Below are positions 58,851-64,000 of a stretch of 64,000 nucleotides of DNA, in pieces (positions within the stretch are counted from its first letter, which is position 1; each line of letters starts with the position of its first letter). The stretch comes from Myxococcota bacterium. GTDB taxonomy: Bacteria; Myxococcota_A; UBA9160; UBA6930. The notes under the pieces were generated by a model that saw only the letters and a program-made list of their open reading frames with translations, did no database searches and was not told the DNA's origin. The position numbers and the translations under genes are program-made. Where the stretch lies: positions 1,664,001 through 1,728,000 of the forward strand of contig OZ245015.1 in NCBI GenBank assembly GCA_965223705.1, in the 5' to 3' direction.

Positions 58851-59351
58851 GTGGCTACCAAGAGTGTATTGAGCGTGCGGATCAATGAAGACGACGCCGA
58901 GTTCTTGGCGCGCCTTTCCATCGATGGCGCCACGACACCCAGCGAAAAACTCCGTGCGCTACTCGCGAACGAGCGACGTCGCCGGGAGGGGTACAAGAGC
59001 CACAGCCGAGTTGTCGGCTTGACCCGCGAGACCCTGGCTCCCGCACTCCGCGCAGTCGAAACAGCCGAGCGCAAAACAGGGAGCTACTCGGAGGTGATTC
59101 ACCTCGTCGCAGAGTGGTTACCCGACGCCTTCGCAACGTTCGTGACCGGTATGGCCGGGACACAACAGGGTGCAAAAAAAGTTGCACTCGCGCGGATGGA
59201 GTCGGATTTGGCCGATCTCATCGCGCGCCTCGCAGAATCAACATTTCGGCTTGGAGTGACGAAGAGTATTCGCGGTTGCGATCCCGAGGTGATCTCAAAG
59301 CGCATCTCCCCCCTCATCGAGCTGGTGGACGTCATTCGAGCCTCACGCTGA
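58851..59351 (+). CDS. Hypothetical protein with an RHH-like N-terminus, first gene of the PspA/flotillin operon
   Basis: AAGGAGG RBS; VLSVRINEDD...TPSEKLRALL. Confidence 0.72.
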   Translation: MATKSVLSVRINEDDAEFLARLSIDGATTPSEKLRALLANERRRREGYKSHSRVVGLTRETLAPALRAVETAERKTGSYSEVIHLVAEWLPDAFATFVTGMAGTQQGAKKVALARMESDLADLIARLAESTFRLGVTKSIRGCDPEVISKRISPLIELVDVIRASR

Positions 59352-59371
59352 GTGCTTAGGAAAGGAACCCC

Positions 59372-60067
59372 ATGTCTGAAGCCCTGACCGGAAAAGTCGC
59401 GCGCATCGTAAGTGGAAGCGTGCATGCGCTCGTAGACGCGATGGAGAACGCAGCCCCCGAAACCGTGCTCGAACAAGCCATTCGAGAAATCGATTCCGCG
59501 GCCGAGGATGTGCGCGTCGAACTCGGAAGCGAACTGGCGAAGAAACATCTGGCAAGCACGAGGCTTCTGGAAGAGAACCAACGCCACGTGGACTTGTCCG
59601 AGAAGATCGAACTCGCGCTCAAGGAGCAGCGGGACGATCTCGCCGAGGCAGCCGCTTCAAAGCAGCTCGACATCGAGGCGCAGATCCCGGTCCTCGAGCG
59701 GGCGATCGCGGACTGCGGCGACCGCGAAAAAGAGCTCGAAGGTTTGCTGTCGGCACTGGCCGCGAAAAAACGCCAGATGCACGACGATCTCGTGGAGTTT
59801 CGCGCGCACCAGAAAGCCGCGAAGGCCGATCCCGCGCCCTCTCAAGCGCGACCTAATTCATCGGCGGGTGGGTCGGCCGTCGAAATGCGCGTTGAGCGGG
59901 CCAGCTCTGCGTTCGATCGCGTGATCGAGGCGAACACGGGCGTCGGTGGCCGCGTTGCGCACTTGCAGACTGAGGCGCAGCTCGTAGAGCTCGAGTCGCT
60001 AGCAAGAAAGAATCGCGTACGGGAACGACTCGCCGCCGCCAAGGCCAAGATTGAGGCCGGCAGCTAG
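59372..60067 (+). CDS. PspA/IM30 family protein
   Basis: Amphipathic N-terminus, EQAIREID, RDDLAEAA, long coiled coil, ERLAAAK. Confidence 0.88.
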   Translation: MSEALTGKVARIVSGSVHALVDAMENAAPETVLEQAIREIDSAAEDVRVELGSELAKKHLASTRLLEENQRHVDLSEKIELALKEQRDDLAEAAASKQLDIEAQIPVLERAIADCGDREKELEGLLSALAAKKRQMHDDLVEFRAHQKAAKADPAPSQARPNSSAGGSAVEMRVERASSAFDRVIEANTGVGGRVAHLQTEAQLVELESLARKNRVRERLAAAKAKIEAGS

Positions 60068-60099
60068 GGAGAACCCGCGACACCCGAACGGGAGAGACC

Positions 60100-60777
60100 A
60101 TGATTGAGCTATTCGGTGCGCCGCAGAATCTGCCGTTTGCAGCGGCACTCATCCTCATGGGTATTCTCGCGCTGCTCGAAGGCGTTGGTGCACTTGTCGG
60201 TCTGGGGTTCTCGGCGCTTTTCGATTCGATTCTGCCGGACTTCGACATCGATGCGGATGTGGACGCTGAAGTAGGTGGAAGCGTGGGGCCAGGCGTCTTG
60301 ACGGGTCCGCTTTCATGGTTGCGGGTCGGGCGCGTTCCCGTCCTGATTCTGTTCGCCGTTTTCCTCGCAGCATTCGGCTTGATCGGACTCGCAGGGCAAA
60401 CGGCTTTCTACCGCATCAGCGGCTTGATGCTTCCCGCCGCCATCGCGTGGATTCCCGCCACGCTCTTGGCCTTGCCGGTGGTGCGCGGCGTCGGAGGCGT
60501 TATCGCCAGGCTGCTCCCGAAAGAAGAGACAAGTGCTGTTTCGGAGAAGACGTTTGTCGGTCGAGTTGCTTCCGTCGTACTGGGAACAGCGGCGGTGGGG
60601 CAACCGGCCGAGGCGAAGCTACGGGATGAGCATGGGCGCACGCACTATGTGATGGTTGAGCCCGAATCGGATGACGATGAATTTTCCGCGGGCGATGCCG
60701 TGCTCATCGTGCGCGCCGATGGCGCTCGTTTTCGAGTGATCCGGCCGCCTACGGATTCTCTCCTTCCCACGTCGTAG
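60100..60777 (+). CDS. yqiJ: YqiJ-like (NfeD-type) membrane protein
   Basis: NLPFAAAL, WLRVGRVP, PAEAKLRDEHGRTHYVMVEP. Confidence 0.85.
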   Translation: MIELFGAPQNLPFAAALILMGILALLEGVGALVGLGFSALFDSILPDFDIDADVDAEVGGSVGPGVLTGPLSWLRVGRVPVLILFAVFLAAFGLIGLAGQTAFYRISGLMLPAAIAWIPATLLALPVVRGVGGVIARLLPKEETSAVSEKTFVGRVASVVLGTAAVGQPAEAKLRDEHGRTHYVMVEPESDDDEFSAGDAVLIVRADGARFRVIRPPTDSLLPTS

Positions 60778-60791
60778 TCAGGAGGTCGTAC

Positions 60792-62522
60792 ATGTTTGGG
60801 TTTGGTGACCTGTTTTTCGTTGGCATCGTCGGTGTAGTGGCGTTGCTATTTTGCGGCCTGGTGCTTGCGCGCTTGTACCGCAGGGCTTCGAAGGAGCTCG
60901 CATTCGTTCGCACGGGCTTTGGAGGGCAAAAGGTGATTATGGATGGTGGAGCCCTCGTATTCCCCGTACTGCACGAAACCATCCCGGTCAACATGAACAC
61001 CCTGCGACTCGAGGTCCGCCGCGCAGAAGCCGGCGCATTGATTACGCGGGATCGGATGCGGGTCGACGTGGGCGCCGAGTTCTACGTTCGTGTCAAGCCG
61101 ACCGAGGAGGCTATCGCCGACGCCGCTCAAACACTCGGCCGGCGCACACTCGACACAGAAGCTCTCAAAGAACTCGTCGAAGGTAAGTTCGTCGATTCGC
61201 TCCGCGCCGTCGCAGCTGAGATGGCGATGGAAGAGCTCCACGAGCAGCGCGTTGAATTTGTTCAGAAAGTCCAGGCGGCGGTCTCTGAAGACCTGCTGAA
61301 AAACGGCCTTGAGCTCGAATCGGTTTCGTTGACTTCTCTCGATCAGACCGACCGGAACTTCTTCAATCCGAACAATGCTTTCGATGCGCAGGGCCTCACG
61401 AAACTCACGGAAGAAATCGAAGCGCGTCGCAAACAGCGCAACGATATCGAGCGGGATACCGAAGTCGCAGTCCAGATGAAAGACCTCTCGGCCGAGCGAC
61501 AATCGCTCGAGATCAAACGCGACGAGGAGTACGCGCGTCTCGAACAGCAGCGAGAGGTGGAGGTGCGCCGTGCGGAGCAGGCCGCCGACATCGCTCGCGA
61601 GCAAGCCGACAAGAACCGAGAGGCGGAAGAGGCGAAGATCCTTGCCGAGCAGAAGGTCGAGCAAGCGCGCATCGACAAAGAGAGGCTCGTTCGGGAGAAA
61701 GACATCGAGCGGCTCCGCTCGATCGAATCCGCGGAGATCGACAAGATCAAAGCCGTCGAGCTTGCGGACCAGGATCGCTCCATCGCAATCGCTCACAAGT
61801 CTCGGGAGGATTCCGAAGCCCGGGCACACGCCGATGAGGCCCGCGCTAAGGCGGTGGAGGCGTCCGAAGCGGTGGACACCGTTCGGGAAAACGCGATCGC
61901 CGAGCGTCAGAAACTGATCGAGCTCGTCGAAGCACGAAAGCGCGCGGAGCAGCAGGCGATTCAATTGACGGTGGCGGCTGAGGCGGAGAAGCAGGCTGCG
62001 ACGGATCAGGCGGAGTCGATTCGCACTTTGGCGGAAGGTAGGGCGAGCGAACGTCAGATCGAGGCGCAGGCCGACGCCGAAGCCGAGAAGCTGCGCGCAG
62101 AAGCGGCGCGAGTCCGCTACGCGGTCGACGCGGAGGGCCAGAAGAACCTGAATCAGGCAGAGAATCTGCTCTCAGACGAAGTGATCGCGATGCGCGTGCG
62201 CCTAGCACTCCTCGAGAAGCTCGACGAGATCATCCGCGAGAGTGTGAAGCCCATGGAGTCGATCGAAGGCATCAAGATCGTGAAAGTGGACGGACTGACG
62301 GGTGCAAGCGGGAACGGTGCGGGCGATCCGGGGAACGGTCACGGCGCGTCGGCCGGGGATCCAAATCTCGCCGATTCGGCCGTGAATGCCGCGCTGCGGT
62401 ACCGCGCACAGGCACCTCTCCTCGATTCCCTGATGAAAGAAGTAGGAATCGATGGAGGCGATCTCAACGGTCTAACCGCGGCACTGACCAATGGGGGAGG
62501 CGCGGCATCGGATAGTGATTGA
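60792..62522 (+). CDS. yqiK: Flotillin/SPFH-family protein
   Basis: AFVRTGFGG, LESVSLT, FNPNNAFDAQGL, AE-rich coiled coil, ALRYRAQAP. Confidence 0.92.
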   Translation: MFGFGDLFFVGIVGVVALLFCGLVLARLYRRASKELAFVRTGFGGQKVIMDGGALVFPVLHETIPVNMNTLRLEVRRAEAGALITRDRMRVDVGAEFYVRVKPTEEAIADAAQTLGRRTLDTEALKELVEGKFVDSLRAVAAEMAMEELHEQRVEFVQKVQAAVSEDLLKNGLELESVSLTSLDQTDRNFFNPNNAFDAQGLTKLTEEIEARRKQRNDIERDTEVAVQMKDLSAERQSLEIKRDEEYARLEQQREVEVRRAEQAADIAREQADKNREAEEAKILAEQKVEQARIDKERLVREKDIERLRSIESAEIDKIKAVELADQDRSIAIAHKSREDSEARAHADEARAKAVEASEAVDTVRENAIAERQKLIELVEARKRAEQQAIQLTVAAEAEKQAATDQAESIRTLAEGRASERQIEAQADAEAEKLRAEAARVRYAVDAEGQKNLNQAENLLSDEVIAMRVRLALLEKLDEIIRESVKPMESIEGIKIVKVDGLTGASGNGAGDPGNGHGASAGDPNLADSAVNAALRYRAQAPLLDSLMKEVGIDGGDLNGLTAALTNGGGAASDSD

Positions 62523-62525
62523 GGC

Positions 62526-63998
62526 TCAGGTCAAGCACGAATCGAACGCGTGGAAGGGCAACGGCGCAGCGAAGAGGTAGCCCTGAGCGCGGAAGATTCC
62601 GTTCTCGAGAAGCCACTGGCACTCCGCTTCGGTTTCGACGCCTTCGGCGACGAGGTCGAAACCCAAACGTCCCGCCATGAGACGCAGCGCGTGGGCGATG
62701 GTCTGGTGAAACTCGTTCTGATCGATCCCCGAGATGAACGAGCCGTCGATCTTGACCGTGTCCGCTTCGAGCCGGCTCAACGCGGCGAGATTCGAGTAGC
62801 CGATTCCGAAATCGTCGATGGCGATGCGGAAACCCATCTCGCGCAGGGGCTTCAACCGCTCCGACGCGAGGTCGAGGTTCTGCACGGCCCACGTTTCGGT
62901 GAGCTCGAGCTCGGTACGCGAGGGGTCGAAAGGTGCCCGTTTCAGGATCCCCTCGACTCGGTCGATGAAGCCCGGGTCGAGTAACTGGCGATACGACACA
63001 TTGAGTGAAGTGCGGATCGCACGCCCCGACGCCGTCCACGCGCGCGAATGCCCGACCACTTCGGAGAGCACCCATTCGCCGATGTCGACGATCAGTCCAC
63101 TCGATTCGGCAACCTCGACAAACGTCCCCGCCGACAGAAGCCCCTGGCTCGGATGTTGCCAGCGAACGAGCGCTTCGCCGCCGATCCAGGCGCGCGTCCG
63201 AAGGTCGACTTGGGGCTGGTAGTGGATCAGAAACTCGTGTTGATCGATCGCGCGATGCAAGTCGCGACGAATTTGCGAGCGGCCCTTGGCCCGCTCGCCC
63301 GTAGCTTCGCTGAAGAACCGGACACCGCCACCGCCCGCTTCTTTGGCGCGGTACATAGCCCGATCTGCGCAACGAATGAGCCGATCCGCTGCGTCCGCGT
63401 CACCCGGAGAGATCGCTACGCCGATGCTCCCGCTCACGCGGAGGGCCTGACCACGGTAGACAATCGCGCGCTCGATCACGTCGACCAAGGTTCGCGCAAC
63501 GATCTCGGCGTCTTCTGGACGCGTCAAATCGGACACGACCACGGCGAACTCATCGCCGCCGAGCCGAAATACGCGATCGCCGGGACGAATGGTTTCCTGC
63601 GCCCGCGCGGCGAACTCGACGAGAACCGCATCACCGGCCGCATGCCCCATCTCGTCGTTGATCGACTTGAAGCCGTCGAGATCGATGTAGAGCAGCGCCA
63701 TGGGCTGTTGGGTGTACGCCGCGCGCTCGATTCTTCGGGCGAGATCGGTTTCAAACGCGAACCGGTTCGGAAGTTTCGTGAGCCCGTCCTGTCGAGCCAG
63801 CTTCTTGAGTTCGTGATTGTGGTCGCGAAGCGCGCTTTCGGTCTTCTTGTTGATCGATATATCGACGACCGACCCGACGTAGGAGGTGAAGCTGCGATTC
63901 GGGGCCGGCACCGGCCTCGCCGTGCACTCGAGCCACTGTTCGCCGGTATCGCTCTGCGCGAGACGAAACTCGATCCGAAACGGTTCGCAATTCGCCAC
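62526..63998 (-). CDS. PAS-GGDEF-EAL protein, probably 5' truncated by the window
   Basis: DGLTKLPNR, I-site RPGD, RLGGDEF, GEALVRW, DDFGIGYS. Confidence 0.92.
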   Translation of the reverse strand: MANCEPFRIEFRLAQSDTGEQWLECTARPVPAPNRSFTSYVGSVVDISINKKTESALRDHNHELKKLARQDGLTKLPNRFAFETDLARRIERAAYTQQPMALLYIDLDGFKSINDEMGHAAGDAVLVEFAARAQETIRPGDRVFRLGGDEFAVVVSDLTRPEDAEIVARTLVDVIERAIVYRGQALRVSGSIGVAISPGDADAADRLIRCADRAMYRAKEAGGGGVRFFSEATGERAKGRSQIRRDLHRAIDQHEFLIHYQPQVDLRTRAWIGGEALVRWQHPSQGLLSAGTFVEVAESSGLIVDIGEWVLSEVVGHSRAWTASGRAIRTSLNVSYRQLLDPGFIDRVEGILKRAPFDPSRTELELTETWAVQNLDLASERLKPLREMGFRIAIDDFGIGYSNLAALSRLEADTVKIDGSFISGIDQNEFHQTIAHALRLMAGRLGFDLVAEGVETEAECQWLLENGIFRAQGYLFAAPLPFHAFDSCLT

Positions 63999-64000
63999 GG

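Noticed and set aside
1..64000. CRISPR array, rRNA, IS transposase, phage structural genes
   Set aside because: No regularly spaced repeats or diagnostic motifs seen by eye.

Overview
GC-rich bacterial chromosome window with three parts. (1) 1-3894: c-di-GMP/phosphorelay genes and an EthD gene, then tRNA-Asp(GTC) at 3988-4064. (2) A ~23 kb genomic island (4068-27145) integrated in that tRNA, bounded by a 26-bp direct repeat of the tRNA 3' end, with a tyrosine integrase at the distal end. Its left half is a defence cluster transcribed on the minus strand: a CARF/RtcR-like sigma54 activator, type I R-M (hsdR-hsdM-hsdS), a translationally coupled ABC ATPase plus putative PLD-like nuclease, a coiled-coil/repeat PD-(D/E)xK protein and a single-chain SIR2-APAZ-short Argonaute. 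Two consensus sigma54 -24/-12 promoters and a recurring AAGA-WW-TCTT palindrome suggest the cluster is one inducible regulon; this is the main candidate novel system. A short, possibly second and older element follows (27146 to about 29600). (3) 29700-64000: catabolic and redox genes (two Baeyer-Villiger monooxygenases, three LLMs, CoA transferase, GS-like/GAT pair), lipoproteins, an SGNH plus papain-like pair, a PspA-YqiJ-flotillin operon and a partial GGDEF-EAL gene. No rRNA or CRISPR array was seen. All family calls come from motifs read by eye; no database search was run.
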